DNA from: Pirellulales bacterium
GTDB lineage: Bacteria; Planctomycetota; Planctomycetia; Pirellulales; UBA1268
Direction of reading: 5' to 3'
DNA length: 64,000 nucleotides
Assembly (NCBI GenBank): GCA_028066355.1
Contig: JALCBP010000008.1
Location: 596-64,595, forward strand
Each line of letters opens with the position of its first letter. The first letter of the stretch is position 1. The position numbers were made by a program, and so were the translations under genes. Below the pieces are notes generated by a model. It searched no databases. It was not told where the DNA came from and saw only the letters and a list, made by a program, of their open reading frames with translations. This document shows positions 27,479-37,183 of the stretch, one piece after another.

Positions 27479-29068
27479 GTGTTTGGGCAACAATTCTTAA
27501 AAATTCTCGTGTTAACAGCCGGAATCATCGCTTTAGCCAGTGGTTTTCAACTCATCTTCGCAAGCCCCAATGAGCCGCTTACGAGCAAGCCCGAACTTTC
27601 CGTAAAGGAAAAACAAAAAGCTTTCAACAAAATCTGTGGAGCCATAGCAAGTAGTGACTACTTTTCCGGTGCTGTCCTCGTTGCAGACAACAGTCAGGTG
27701 ATTTACCGGAAAGCATTTGGCCTCGCAAATCGAGAGTGGGCAATACCAAACTCAATTGAAACAAAATTTCGTCTTGCATCGGTAAGCAAACAATTCTGCA
27801 GCCTGATTACCATGCAACTCATTCAGGATGGAAAACTGAGACTGGATGACTCAATAACAAGCCATCTCCCTGCTTATCGGCAAGATACTGGAGAGAGAAT
27901 AACCATCCATCACTTATTAGCACATCAGTCTGGAATTCCCGATTTCACAGGGTCTTTTAACTACCGAAACACAACTGCTCGTCTCTTGTTTGAAAAAGAT
28001 GATTTTATCAAACGGTTCTGTAGTGGCGACCTGACGCACAGGCCAGGAGAACTCTACAACTACTGTAATGCGGGTTATGTAATTCTTGGCCGGATTATTG
28101 AAAAAGTGACAAAAAAATCTTATGAACAAAATATTGTTGACCGGATCACACAACCGCTGGGCATGACAAACACCGGATACGACAATCCTCACAACGTGCT
28201 TGCCAAACGAGCATCGGGGTATACTCATGGACCTTTTCGTTTCCAGAATTCACCCTACATCGAAATGGATCCTGCACCAGGTGCAGCGGGGGCCCTCTAC
28301 TCAACCATTGATGACTTGTTTGTATGGGATTGTGCACTCACCAGTAATAAACTTCTCAAGAAAAATCTTCGAGACCTGATGTTTACACCCAACACATCGG
28401 TCTCTGAATCTCAAGCCGCAGGTGGACGACAACATAGTAGCTATGGTTACGGTTGGCGGATCTACAACGTGGTACATCCAACAACGAAAGAAAAAACCCT
28501 TGTCATAAATCATGGGGGCGCAATCAGTGGCTTCCGAGCACTTGTGAGTAGAATACCCAGTAAAAGTGCTTTTATAGCTCTTCTATGCAATCAAGGGGAT
28601 CCGCCCGGATCCAACGCCGTGTGGCTAGCGTTAAACCGCATGCATACCGAGATTATTCATGTTGTCACAGATCAACCATATAAAATTCCTCAAAGTCCTC
28701 CACGCTCGCAAGACCAGCGACTATATCAACTGGTTTGCAGCAAAGGCGTTGATGCTGCAATCTCGTGGTTTGAGGAGAAGGGCAAAAAGAATCCATGGGG
28801 CGGATCCTTTGTAAATGTTGCAGATGAGTTATCACGATCTGGGAAACTCGAAGAGGCAATCGGTTTATTCGAGTTCGACATCCTCCAAACACCCAATAAA
28901 GTATGGCTCTACCGTAAACTTGCGGACACATGCATCCAAGCTGGGCAATTGGAAAAAGCGGCTAATATAGTAGATCAAGCATTGGCAATAAAGCCCGACG
29001 ACGAACGTTTGATTAATCTTCGAAATGAAGTTGATGCTAGCCTTTTAACGCAAGCAACCCAGCGGTAA
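27479..29068 (+). CDS. Secreted serine hydrolase (beta-lactamase/PBP fold) with C-terminal TPR-like region
   Basis: S-x-x-K in RLASVSKQF, YCNAGY, HGG triad position. C-terminal helical repeats (GKLEEAIGLFE..., GQLEKAANIVDQALAIKPDD). Confidence 0.85.
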   Translation: MFGQQFLKILVLTAGIIALASGFQLIFASPNEPLTSKPELSVKEKQKAFNKICGAIASSDYFSGAVLVADNSQVIYRKAFGLANREWAIPNSIETKFRLASVSKQFCSLITMQLIQDGKLRLDDSITSHLPAYRQDTGERITIHHLLAHQSGIPDFTGSFNYRNTTARLLFEKDDFIKRFCSGDLTHRPGELYNYCNAGYVILGRIIEKVTKKSYEQNIVDRITQPLGMTNTGYDNPHNVLAKRASGYTHGPFRFQNSPYIEMDPAPGAAGALYSTIDDLFVWDCALTSNKLLKKNLRDLMFTPNTSVSESQAAGGRQHSSYGYGWRIYNVVHPTTKEKTLVINHGGAISGFRALVSRIPSKSAFIALLCNQGDPPGSNAVWLALNRMHTEIIHVVTDQPYKIPQSPPRSQDQRLYQLVCSKGVDAAISWFEEKGKKNPWGGSFVNVADELSRSGKLEEAIGLFEFDILQTPNKVWLYRKLADTCIQAGQLEKAANIVDQALAIKPDDERLINLRNEVDASLLTQATQR

Positions 29069-29135
29069 CGGTTGCATGCTGTGAATTGAAGGTTACTTTA
29101 GAGTAATTCATTAGCGTAGTACTGTGGAGTTTTCT

Positions 29136-29669
29136 ATGTTTCGCATATCTGTGGTTTTCTTATTCACTGTCATTGCTGGTCTTGGGCTAGCAGTTGAACC
29201 CACTGTTCCATTTCCAAAAACAACGATTGATATCGGTATGGTGGTTAGTGACATTGATACTGCAGTGGCATTTTATACCCAGGGCATCGGCTTCAAGCAG
29301 TTAGAAGGCTTTCAGGTAAATGCGGAACTTGCCAAAGCGGCGGGTCTCACTGACAACAAGGCACTTGATGTCCAAGTGCTAGTTTTAGGTGATGACAAGA
29401 CAGCAACGAAGCTTAAACTGATGCAAGTTGCTGAAACATCACCACGATCAGGGGACACTGACTTTATTCATTCTCATACTGGATTTCGCTATTTGACAAT
29501 CATTGTTGCTGACACATCAGTATTGCTTCGTCGACTAAAGCAGTTTGGAGTGGAGCCTCTCGCACAATCTCCTGTAACCCTCCCGGAGAATCTTGTTCCC
29601 GGAATGTCTCTCACATGCGTGAAAGATCCTGATGGCAATATTGTTGAACTCATAGGCCCAACACCCTAA
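29136..29669 (+). CDS. VOC/glyoxalase-fold domain protein with signal peptide
   Basis: IDIGMVVSDIDTAVAFYTQGIGF ... LTCVKDPDGNIVELI. GGAG lies 6 nt upstream of the ATG at 29136 (the listed ORF starts at GTG 29124). Confidence 0.7.
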   Translation: MFRISVVFLFTVIAGLGLAVEPTVPFPKTTIDIGMVVSDIDTAVAFYTQGIGFKQLEGFQVNAELAKAAGLTDNKALDVQVLVLGDDKTATKLKLMQVAETSPRSGDTDFIHSHTGFRYLTIIVADTSVLLRRLKQFGVEPLAQSPVTLPENLVPGMSLTCVKDPDGNIVELIGPTP

Positions 29670-29684
29670 GTAATAGTGAAGTAA

Positions 29685-30410
29685 TTACCGTACGGGAATA
29701 ACTTTAGCTCGTTCAAGCCAAACGAGAATTTGCTCAGCAAGTACTTGTGGACTCTTGGTAGTAGATTCGACTGTAATCTCTGCCTTTTCTGGTTCTTCAT
29801 AGGGCGCATCGATACCGGTGAATCCAGAAATTTCACCAGCACGAGCTTTTTTGTACAGCCCTTTTGGATCACGACTCTCGCAAATGTCCAGCGGTGCTTT
29901 GACGTATACTTCAATAAAGTCTGCCGCTGGTAACATTTTCCGCACTGCTTCACGATCACTCCGATAAGGGCTAATAAATGCCGTGAGTGTAATAATTCCA
30001 GCCTGCGTAAAGAGTTCTGCAACAGCTCCTACCCGACGAATATTCTCCTGGCGGTCTTCAGGACCGAAGCCTAGACCAAATCGCTTTGCGAACGGCTGCC
30101 CATGAATTGTTTCAAGGATTTTTGGAGAGGCATTCAGACCATGACGCACATTATCCCCATCAAGAATAAAACTACGATGACCGCGAGCATGCAGCTGCCT
30201 ATCAACTTCGTTAGCAAGAGTACTCTTTCCAGAACCTGACAATCCGGTAAACCAAATGACGCAGCCCCGGTGTCCAGCGCTAGTTTCACGTTGATCACGA
30301 CTGATCGTGGATTCATGCCACCGCACATCAACTTCTTCCGCGCCGTTAGTCCGTTGCTCACTCAAGTCTTCTAATGGTTTTTTCAATTTTACGTCCTCAC
30401 CTACTAACAC
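29685..30410 (-). CDS. cysC: Adenylyl-sulfate (APS) kinase
   Basis: [19 protein letters not shown]-loop, [22 protein letters not shown]. The N-terminal extension makes the start uncertain. Confidence 0.9.
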   Translation of the reverse strand: MLVGEDVKLKKPLEDLSEQRTNGAEEVDVRWHESTISRDQRETSAGHRGCVIWFTGLSGSGKSTLANEVDRQLHARGHRSFILDGDNVRHGLNASPKILETIHGQPFAKRFGLGFGPEDRQENIRRVGAVAELFTQAGIITLTAFISPYRSDREAVRKMLPAADFIEVYVKAPLDICESRDPKGLYKKARAGEISGFTGIDAPYEEPEKAEITVESTTKSPQVLAEQILVWLERAKVIPVR

Positions 30411-30434
30411 AACATATCTGCTGAATTCCGAAAC

Positions 30435-31391
30435 TTACCAACCTCCTAGCACGACAACCTTCCGAAATTGACCAACTGATCCATCTGGCTTCATCCGTTC
30501 AATAACCATAGATATTTCTTCACCTGGTTTGTGTTGACCAATAATACGAGTACAGGCTCCAAAATCATTGATTGCGGTTCCGTTGATTTCCGTAATGATA
30601 TCTTGTGGCAACAATCCTGCTTTCTCTGCTGACGAACCTGGTTGAATTCCCGAAATAACACATTGGCCCTGCAAAGGCATTCCAGCGATGCCCAACTTAC
30701 CACCTTTTCGAAAATCAATCTCTGTCTCTTTGAGCCGTTGCTTCAGTTGCTTGATCGCATCTTCTGGAAGGCCAACACCAAAAAGGTCAAGACGCTCAAT
30801 ACCCCGCAATCTTCCAAGGGTTACCGCATCTCTTGGAGTTAGCTGAAGGCCAAAAAAACTGACGTGAACAACTTTTTGTAAGCGTGTCACTAATTTCAAT
30901 GAACGACTGTCACCCTTCCAGTCTTCAGCAATTTCTACTCGCAGCCCGGTGGGTCCGGCATCACTAAATATTGCTCCTAGTTCTTCAAGCTTTTTCCGTG
31001 CAGAAACAGCTTGGGCAGCAGCAAAGAAATCAAGAGCTACTTCTGCCTGCTGAGCAACCGCCAAGTTTCCTTGCTCAGCAATTAATTCGAGAGCTGATTC
31101 CGCTTTGCTTGAGAGCTGAGAATCATCATGCCGAAGCATTTCTCTAAGAGCATCAACTGCTCGTGTGGCAACCTCCGAGTCATTTCCTTGGGCTGCCCCA
31201 ATTAAAGGATCGACAACGATTCCACCCATTGCAACAAGCTGTTTTGAGGCATCTTCTCGATCGGCGTATTGACTTGCACCGAGTTGAGCAATGACTCGCG
31301 ACACACGCTCATCTTGCTCAGAGCCGTCAACAGCCTGCAGAACCGGCGCTGTCAATAAAACGAGTATAAATTGAGAAGTTAATCGAGGCAT
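30435..31391 (-). CDS. Secreted PDZ-domain protein with N-terminal HEAT-like helices
   Basis: PDZ segment ISGIQPGSSAEKAGLLPQDIITEINGTAINDF. The signal peptide is best from the ATG at 31391 (MPRLTSQFILVLLTAPVLQA). Confidence 0.75.
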   Translation of the reverse strand: MPRLTSQFILVLLTAPVLQAVDGSEQDERVSRVIAQLGASQYADREDASKQLVAMGGIVVDPLIGAAQGNDSEVATRAVDALREMLRHDDSQLSSKAESALELIAEQGNLAVAQQAEVALDFFAAAQAVSARKKLEELGAIFSDAGPTGLRVEIAEDWKGDSRSLKLVTRLQKVVHVSFFGLQLTPRDAVTLGRLRGIERLDLFGVGLPEDAIKQLKQRLKETEIDFRKGGKLGIAGMPLQGQCVISGIQPGSSAEKAGLLPQDIITEINGTAINDFGACTRIIGQHKPGEEISMVIERMKPDGSVGQFRKVVVLGGW

Positions 31392-31547
31392 GCAATCGTT
31401 CCACCCGTCAAAAAACACCTTCTTAAACAAAAACACGTACCCAACTTCTCTCCAAATATATCAGTCGTAGACTGACAAACCCTATCCATTTCAGGCAAGG
31501 TACACTTCAATAAAAGTCATTCGCCGCCAACAAGGCTACCTGCATTC

Positions 31548-33542
31548 ATGAATCTACCAATTATTCAACCAAATACGCCAGCAGACTCACCTCTGCCAAT
31601 GCACCCAGAAGACGTTGCTGCGAGAGGGTGGGATAACGTGGACATCGTTTTTGTTACAGGGGACGCTTACGTTGACCATCCTAGCTTCGCTAATGGTCTC
31701 CTTGCCAGACTCTTGGAATCGGAAGGCTTTCGTGTTGCCGTACTTGCTCAACCAAACTGGAAAAATTGCCATGACTGGAGGCAATTTGGTCGACCGAATC
31801 TCTTCTTTGCCGTATCTGCTGGCAACATGGACTCGATGATCAATCATTACACCGCGAACCGAAAGGTCCGAAATGACGATGCCTACTCGCCAAATGGTGA
31901 GATTGGACTTCGCCCCGACAGGGCAACCCTGGCATATTGTCAACGTTCACGAGAAGCCTTCCCTGGTGTTCCAATTGTTGCCGGCGGAGTAGAAGCAAGC
32001 TTAAGGAGGATAGCTCATTACGACTACTGGAGTGACACGGTGCGTCGCTCAATTCTCCTAGATTCAAAAGCCGACCTGCTTGCCTTTGGCATGGGTGAAC
32101 GCACAATCCTTGAGATTGCTAAGGGGTTCGCTGCTGGAAAAACAGTGCGGGACATGAGAACACTTCGAGGGGTTGCCTATCGCCTTGGGGCGAGTGAGTC
32201 ATTTTCTATTGATGGCAGTACCCGTGAACTTCCAGCATATGAATTAACTAAGGTTGATAATGATGCATTTTGTGAGATGACGCGAATAAGTCATCTTGAG
32301 ACAAATCCTCATAATGCCAAAAGACTTGTGCAACGACATGGGCAGGAGGCAGTGGTGATTAACCCTCCAGCTTTGCCTCTTGAAGAACACGAGATGGATC
32401 GTGTCTATGCACTCCCATTTACTCGTCGGCCCCATCCACAATATGGTGCACAAAGAATTCCCGCGTTTGAAGTTGTTGAAAACAGTATTCAAATCATGCG
32501 TGGTTGCTTTGGAGGCTGTACTTTTTGCTCTATTACAGCCCATGAAGGCCGGATTATCCAAAGTCGTTCAAAGCAATCAATCCTTACTGAGGTAAAACAA
32601 CTCACAAACCAACCTGACTTCAAAGGTACGGTTTCTGACATTGGTGGCCCAACGGCCAACATGTACAAAATGCGATGTACTCGACCAGATGTCGAAGCGA
32701 AGTGCCGCCGACTATCTTGTGTCCACCCCAAAACATGTAAGCTTCTCGGAACTGACCACGGGCCTCTAAAAGAAGTCATGCGGGAAACCCGATCTATTCC
32801 TGGCGTAAAACGCGTGCTTGTAGCGAGCGGCGTTCGAATGGATTTAGCTCGTCGGGATCCTGAATATCTACGCGAATTAGCCGAACACCATGTAGGTGGA
32901 CATCTCAAGGTAGCTCCAGAGCACGTAGACCCAGATGTTCTTGACCTCATGAAAAAGCCCCCGGCAAATGATTACGTAGCGTTTGACAAGGCTTTCCGCG
33001 AGGCAAGTCGTCGAGTAGGAAAACGTCAATATACGGTTCCCTATTTTATTGCGAGTCATCCCGGGAGCGGGCTTACCGAAATGATCGACTTGGCACTTTT
33101 TTTAAAAAGGAATGGGTACAGACCTGATCAGGTTCAGGATTTTATCCCAAGCCCTTTCGACATTGCAGCCTGCATGTATCACACAGGTCGGGACCCGATG
33201 ACAGGGAAACCTGTTACCGTCACGAAAGGCCTTCGAAACCGAAGACTGCAGAAAGCGTTACTTCAATTTTTTAAACCAGAGAATTACTTCGAGGTGCGAA
33301 AAGCCCTTGAACACGCTGGCAGACAGGACCTCATTGGTTCTGGCTGTGATAGCTTGATCCCAGATCGACCACCACAAGAGGCTCTCAATAAAAAGCGACG
33401 AGAGGCCAACCAGTCATTTTCCGAACAGAAGTCTGGTGATCACATTCGCGGACTGCGAAAAACAAAGAAAAAACAACGTGCCAGAGTGTCTAGGTCAGCC
33501 AAAACTATCGGTTATAGGCCAAAGCGGTCGGGAAAAGGCTGA
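31548..33542 (+). CDS. ygiQ: YgiQ family radical SAM protein (UPF0313)
   Basis: N-terminal DIVFVTGDAYVDHPSFANGLLARLLE, radical-SAM cluster motif RGCFGGCTFCS, basic C-terminal tail. Confidence 0.9.
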   Translation: MNLPIIQPNTPADSPLPMHPEDVAARGWDNVDIVFVTGDAYVDHPSFANGLLARLLESEGFRVAVLAQPNWKNCHDWRQFGRPNLFFAVSAGNMDSMINHYTANRKVRNDDAYSPNGEIGLRPDRATLAYCQRSREAFPGVPIVAGGVEASLRRIAHYDYWSDTVRRSILLDSKADLLAFGMGERTILEIAKGFAAGKTVRDMRTLRGVAYRLGASESFSIDGSTRELPAYELTKVDNDAFCEMTRISHLETNPHNAKRLVQRHGQEAVVINPPALPLEEHEMDRVYALPFTRRPHPQYGAQRIPAFEVVENSIQIMRGCFGGCTFCSITAHEGRIIQSRSKQSILTEVKQLTNQPDFKGTVSDIGGPTANMYKMRCTRPDVEAKCRRLSCVHPKTCKLLGTDHGPLKEVMRETRSIPGVKRVLVASGVRMDLARRDPEYLRELAEHHVGGHLKVAPEHVDPDVLDLMKKPPANDYVAFDKAFREASRRVGKRQYTVPYFIASHPGSGLTEMIDLALFLKRNGYRPDQVQDFIPSPFDIAACMYHTGRDPMTGKPVTVTKGLRNRRLQKALLQFFKPENYFEVRKALEHAGRQDLIGSGCDSLIPDRPPQEALNKKRREANQSFSEQKSGDHIRGLRKTKKKQRARVSRSAKTIGYRPKRSGKG

Positions 33543-33652
33543 TAGCTTGATATTGTCACCACATTCAACAAAAAAACTTGATCTCCACATATCATCTGCA
33601 ATCATAAACAGGGACTATTGGATACCAAATTTAACGGAATGAGGAAACTCAA

Positions 33653-33976
33653 TTGACACGATTCATATTGCTCTTCTTTCTGGCAATCACGACGCTTGCC
33701 ACCTCGGCAATCTGTCGTTCTGCAAAAGCAATCAGCCCAAGAAATCCGTACCGAACCTTCAATTTAAGTGGTGTAAATTATGGTTCAATGCGTTGGGAAC
33801 GCACACATCGGCAAGGGCGAAGTAACTGGTCAAGGACCAAGTCTGCTCGACAGCCTCAGACACGCAAAACCAGAACTATGGTCGTTGGTGGTATTCCAAC
33901 CGGTGTGTTCACACAACGTAGCGGAACCAGCACTCGAGGAAATCAGACTGCTGCATCATTAAATTCATCTCGCTGA
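33653..33976 (+). CDS. Possible small secreted basic protein
   Basis: TTG start, signal-like N-terminus (MTRFILLFFLAITTLATSAICRSAKA), no known motif. Overlaps the convergent neighbour by 12 nt. Confidence 0.35.
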   Translation: MTRFILLFFLAITTLATSAICRSAKAISPRNPYRTFNLSGVNYGSMRWERTHRQGRSNWSRTKSARQPQTRKTRTMVVGGIPTGVFTQRSGTSTRGNQTAASLNSSR

Positions 33977-35125
33977 TTCTGTTGTCTCGTTGACATCACT
34001 CGTTGGATCATCTTGATAAATCCGATATTTCTTGGTTACAAGTGCGCCTCCGCGTTCAAGAGTTCGCTTCGAAAGATGGTTGCTTTCCAGAACCCAAGAG
34101 AACTCTACCTCTTTCATGCCCCAGTTATAAAGTCTTGGCACAAGGGCAGCATGAAGAACCAAGCCAACACCCCACGCTTGATACTCCGGAACAACATTTG
34201 TACTAATTGCTCTCATTCTTTTGATAGCTGACTTTTTCCAGAGTAATTTCAAAAAACCAAAAGGAAAAAGTCGCCCATTCATAGCCTTAATACGTGGGTT
34301 GTAATCGAGCAAGCAAAAAACAGTGCCGATCGGCTTTCCGTCTACTTCAGCTACCAAGGAGAGTTCTGGAACGATCAGGTGCTTCAAGTGAGCAGCCATA
34401 TGATTCACCTCTCCTTGAGAAAGAGGAACAAATCCCCAGGTTCCCGCAAGACTCGTGTTATAGATATCAAGAAACATACGAACTTCATCGGTAAACCTTG
34501 CTCGATCAAGAGATCGAACTGAAACACCAAAACGCTCCTTAACACCTTCGACCATTACACCAAGTTTTGAATCAATGCCTTCGAGCATCGACATCTCACC
34601 CCAAAAAGCATAGAGGTCTTCAACCTTATTGAAACCATTTGCTTCAATAAGATCTCCATAATAAGGACGATTATGTGTCATCATAAAAAATGGTGGCGTT
34701 GCAAAACCCTCAATTAATAATCCGCACTCATAATTCAAAGATGGATTAACCGGGCCGCGTATAGAAGACATGCCCTCATCAGCTAGCCATTCCTTAGCAG
34801 CAGCAAATAATTGTGAAGTTGCTTCTAAATCATCAGTACATTCAAAGAAGCCAAAGAAACCCCGATTTTCTTTGTAACGCTCTATATGACCAACGTTAAC
34901 AATTGCTGTGATCCGACCGACGTCTTTACCACCACGTGTTGCTAAAAAAGACCTCGTCTTATTCCGCTCATAGAATGGATGGGGACGAAAACCTAACAAC
35001 TCCTCCTGAGCACGCCGCAGTGGAGGAATCCAGCACGGGTCACTGGCATATATTTTCCAAGGTAGGTCTATAAACCTCCGTTGCTGACCACGACGAATAA
35101 CCGTCTCGATACTGATGGCCGACAC
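33965..35125 (-). CDS. GNAT-like acyltransferase family protein (two-domain, about 385 aa)
   Basis: My pattern recognition of the family that begins FIDLPWKIY...DP.WIPPL. GTG at 35125 is preceded by AGAGGGGG with 6-nt spacing. The maximal ORF runs to 35239. Confidence 0.55.
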   Translation of the reverse strand: MSAISIETVIRRGQQRRFIDLPWKIYASDPCWIPPLRRAQEELLGFRPHPFYERNKTRSFLATRGGKDVGRITAIVNVGHIERYKENRGFFGFFECTDDLEATSQLFAAAKEWLADEGMSSIRGPVNPSLNYECGLLIEGFATPPFFMMTHNRPYYGDLIEANGFNKVEDLYAFWGEMSMLEGIDSKLGVMVEGVKERFGVSVRSLDRARFTDEVRMFLDIYNTSLAGTWGFVPLSQGEVNHMAAHLKHLIVPELSLVAEVDGKPIGTVFCLLDYNPRIKAMNGRLFPFGFLKLLWKKSAIKRMRAISTNVVPEYQAWGVGLVLHAALVPRLYNWGMKEVEFSWVLESNHLSKRTLERGGALVTKKYRIYQDDPTSDVNETTESAR

Positions 35126-35383
35126 GAAAAACCCCCTCTGAATGGTGGATTTGTCTGGTTGTGAAAATTGACCAAAAACGCCTGAACAACCCTCAAATTT
35201 TCGACTATCCCTAAGGAAAACGTCAATGTCAGCTTCCACTGAACCAATCGAATTTTCCTGTAAGTTGTCTCAGGTTTTTTTCCGATTTAACTCAATAGAA
35301 GAGATTCCTCACCAAGACACCGAATTTATTTACACGACGCGTTTAACGTTCATCGACGCAGTGAACGCTTGATCTTGATAACC

Positions 35384-36499
35384 ATGTCAGATGCCCTCAA
35401 CTCATACCGTGACGGTAATAAAAGGTCCTGCCTTGTCACTGGCGCTACTGGCTTAGTTGGCAATAATGTTGTCAGAAAGTTTTTGGAAACTGGCTGGAAC
35501 GTCAGGGTCTTGGTTCGCCCTCGCCATCTTGGAAAAACTGCGGCGTTGGAAGGTCTTCCAGTTGAAAAATTTATTGGTCAACTTGAGGATACGAGTAGCC
35601 TCCAAAAAGCTGTTGATGGAATCGATCTCGTCATTCACTCAGCTGCAATGGTTCACTGTGGCTGGAGTTACTACGACGAGATGTACCGAGTCAATGTAGA
35701 CGGCACGAGCCATCTTTCCAAAATCGCGCGAGCTTCAGGAGCTCGTTTTATTCATGTCTCGAGTGTTGATGCGCTTGGTCTGCTTCCAGATGGCACCCCC
35801 GCAAATGAAGAGACTCCTCCCGGTGGTATGATTGACTGCCCCTACGTATTAACAAAAAGAATGGCCGAGTCTGCTGTCTTGGATCAAGTTGAACTAGGTC
35901 TGGATGCCGTAATTGTGAATCCGGTTTATATGATTGGTCCATGGGACTGGAAACCATCAAGTGGCCGAATGCTTCTTGAAGTCGGTAGCGGAAAAGGCTT
36001 GCTCGCACCACCCGGTGCCAACGATTTTGTTGATGTTCGTGATGTTGTCATTGGCATTGAGGCTGCGTACAACCGAGGAAAAACAGGTCGTCGCTATATT
36101 TTAGGAGGCCATGCCCTCTCGTATCTTGATGCATGGAAGGTTTTTGCAAAGGTAACTAATCGTCGTCCTCCTATTGGAAATGCCCCGCCATTAGCCGTGC
36201 GTGCAGCTGGACGAATCGGAGACCTAGCTGGAATACTGCTTCGAAGAGAGCCCCCGGTCAACTCAGCATCAGCAGCCATGTCTATGCTAAAACACAATTT
36301 TTCATCCCAACGAGCATTTGATGAGCTTGGGTACACAATAAGGCCATTAGAGGTTGCAGCTACTGATGCTTGGGCATGGTTTTGTGAAAATGGCTACACA
36401 AAAAATCTTGGATCGCGTTACACTCAACCAGCATCATGCCAAACATCTTACTCGTCGAAGACGAGGACCATCTCGCCATCGGCATCCGGTACAACCTGA
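35384..36499 (+). CDS. NAD-dependent epimerase/dehydratase (extended SDR)
   Basis: VTGATGLVGNNVV Rossmann motif, YVLTK (YxxxK). The C-terminal roughly 30 aa look like a non-conserved tail overlapping the next gene. Confidence 0.85.
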   Translation: MSDALNSYRDGNKRSCLVTGATGLVGNNVVRKFLETGWNVRVLVRPRHLGKTAALEGLPVEKFIGQLEDTSSLQKAVDGIDLVIHSAAMVHCGWSYYDEMYRVNVDGTSHLSKIARASGARFIHVSSVDALGLLPDGTPANEETPPGGMIDCPYVLTKRMAESAVLDQVELGLDAVIVNPVYMIGPWDWKPSSGRMLLEVGSGKGLLAPPGANDFVDVRDVVIGIEAAYNRGKTGRRYILGGHALSYLDAWKVFAKVTNRRPPIGNAPPLAVRAAGRIGDLAGILLRREPPVNSASAAMSMLKHNFSSQRAFDELGYTIRPLEVAATDAWAWFCENGYTKNLGSRYTQPASCQTSYSSKTRTISPSASGTT

Positions 36500-37173
36500 C
36501 GTCCGAGGGCCTAACGGTAACGACCGCCGCTGATGGACACGAAGCCTTGGCTATTTTGAATGAGCCAAATACCGACATTGATCTTGTTGTACTCGATGTC
36601 ATGCTACCAGGAATGAGCGGATACGCGGTCTGTGAACAACTTCGCTCTCGTGGAAGCCTTATTCCGGTTGTCATGCTCACTGCTCGAACCTTAGTAGAAG
36701 ACCGCATTCGGGGATTTAATTCAGGAGCAGATGTCTATCTGCAAAAACCCTTTGATCTAGATGAACTTATCTCGGTCATCCGTAGTCTCCTCAGTCGACG
36801 TAAAAACAACACAGAGTCTCCCTCAGACCATGCGACAAGTCGCTGCGAAAACACCTTTTCATTTGGAAAGGCTCATATCAATTTCGATACGTGGGAAGCC
36901 TATTCAGACAATCGCCAGATTCGACTCACAGCACTTGAAATGAAACTCCTTCGCTATCTCATCGAACACGAGGGACTTGTGTTATCGAGAACCGAATTAC
37001 TTAAGAACGTCTGGGGAATGGATCGGGCACCTGCGACACGTACTATTGACACATTCATGCTGAACTTAAGAAAGTCATTCGAAGAAAATCCCTCCCGCCC
37101 ATGTCACTTTTTGTCTGTGCGGGGCGCCGGATATAGGTTTGTTAGCAACTCAGCAAACAACCTGGAGAACTAA
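36436..37173 (+). CDS. OmpR/PhoB-type response regulator
   Basis: Receiver domain (ILLVEDEDHL, DLVVLDVMLPGMSG, LQKPF) plus winged-helix domain (LTALEMKLLRYLIEHEGLVLSRTELLKNVWG). Confidence 0.9.
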   Translation: MPNILLVEDEDHLAIGIRYNLTSEGLTVTTAADGHEALAILNEPNTDIDLVVLDVMLPGMSGYAVCEQLRSRGSLIPVVMLTARTLVEDRIRGFNSGADVYLQKPFDLDELISVIRSLLSRRKNNTESPSDHATSRCENTFSFGKAHINFDTWEAYSDNRQIRLTALEMKLLRYLIEHEGLVLSRTELLKNVWGMDRAPATRTIDTFMLNLRKSFEENPSRPCHFLSVRGAGYRFVSNSANNLEN

Positions 37174-37183
37174 AAAGGAACCG

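Noticed and set aside
26489-27493. 334-aa ORF antisense to the 3' half of rpoD
   Set aside because: Its codons are exactly in register with the rpoD codons (both start at positions congruent to 2 mod 3). It stays open simply because the sense gene avoids TTA, CTA and TCA codons. The translated sequence has no motif and is rich in Cys, Phe, Ser and Asn. rpoD on the plus strand is unambiguous.
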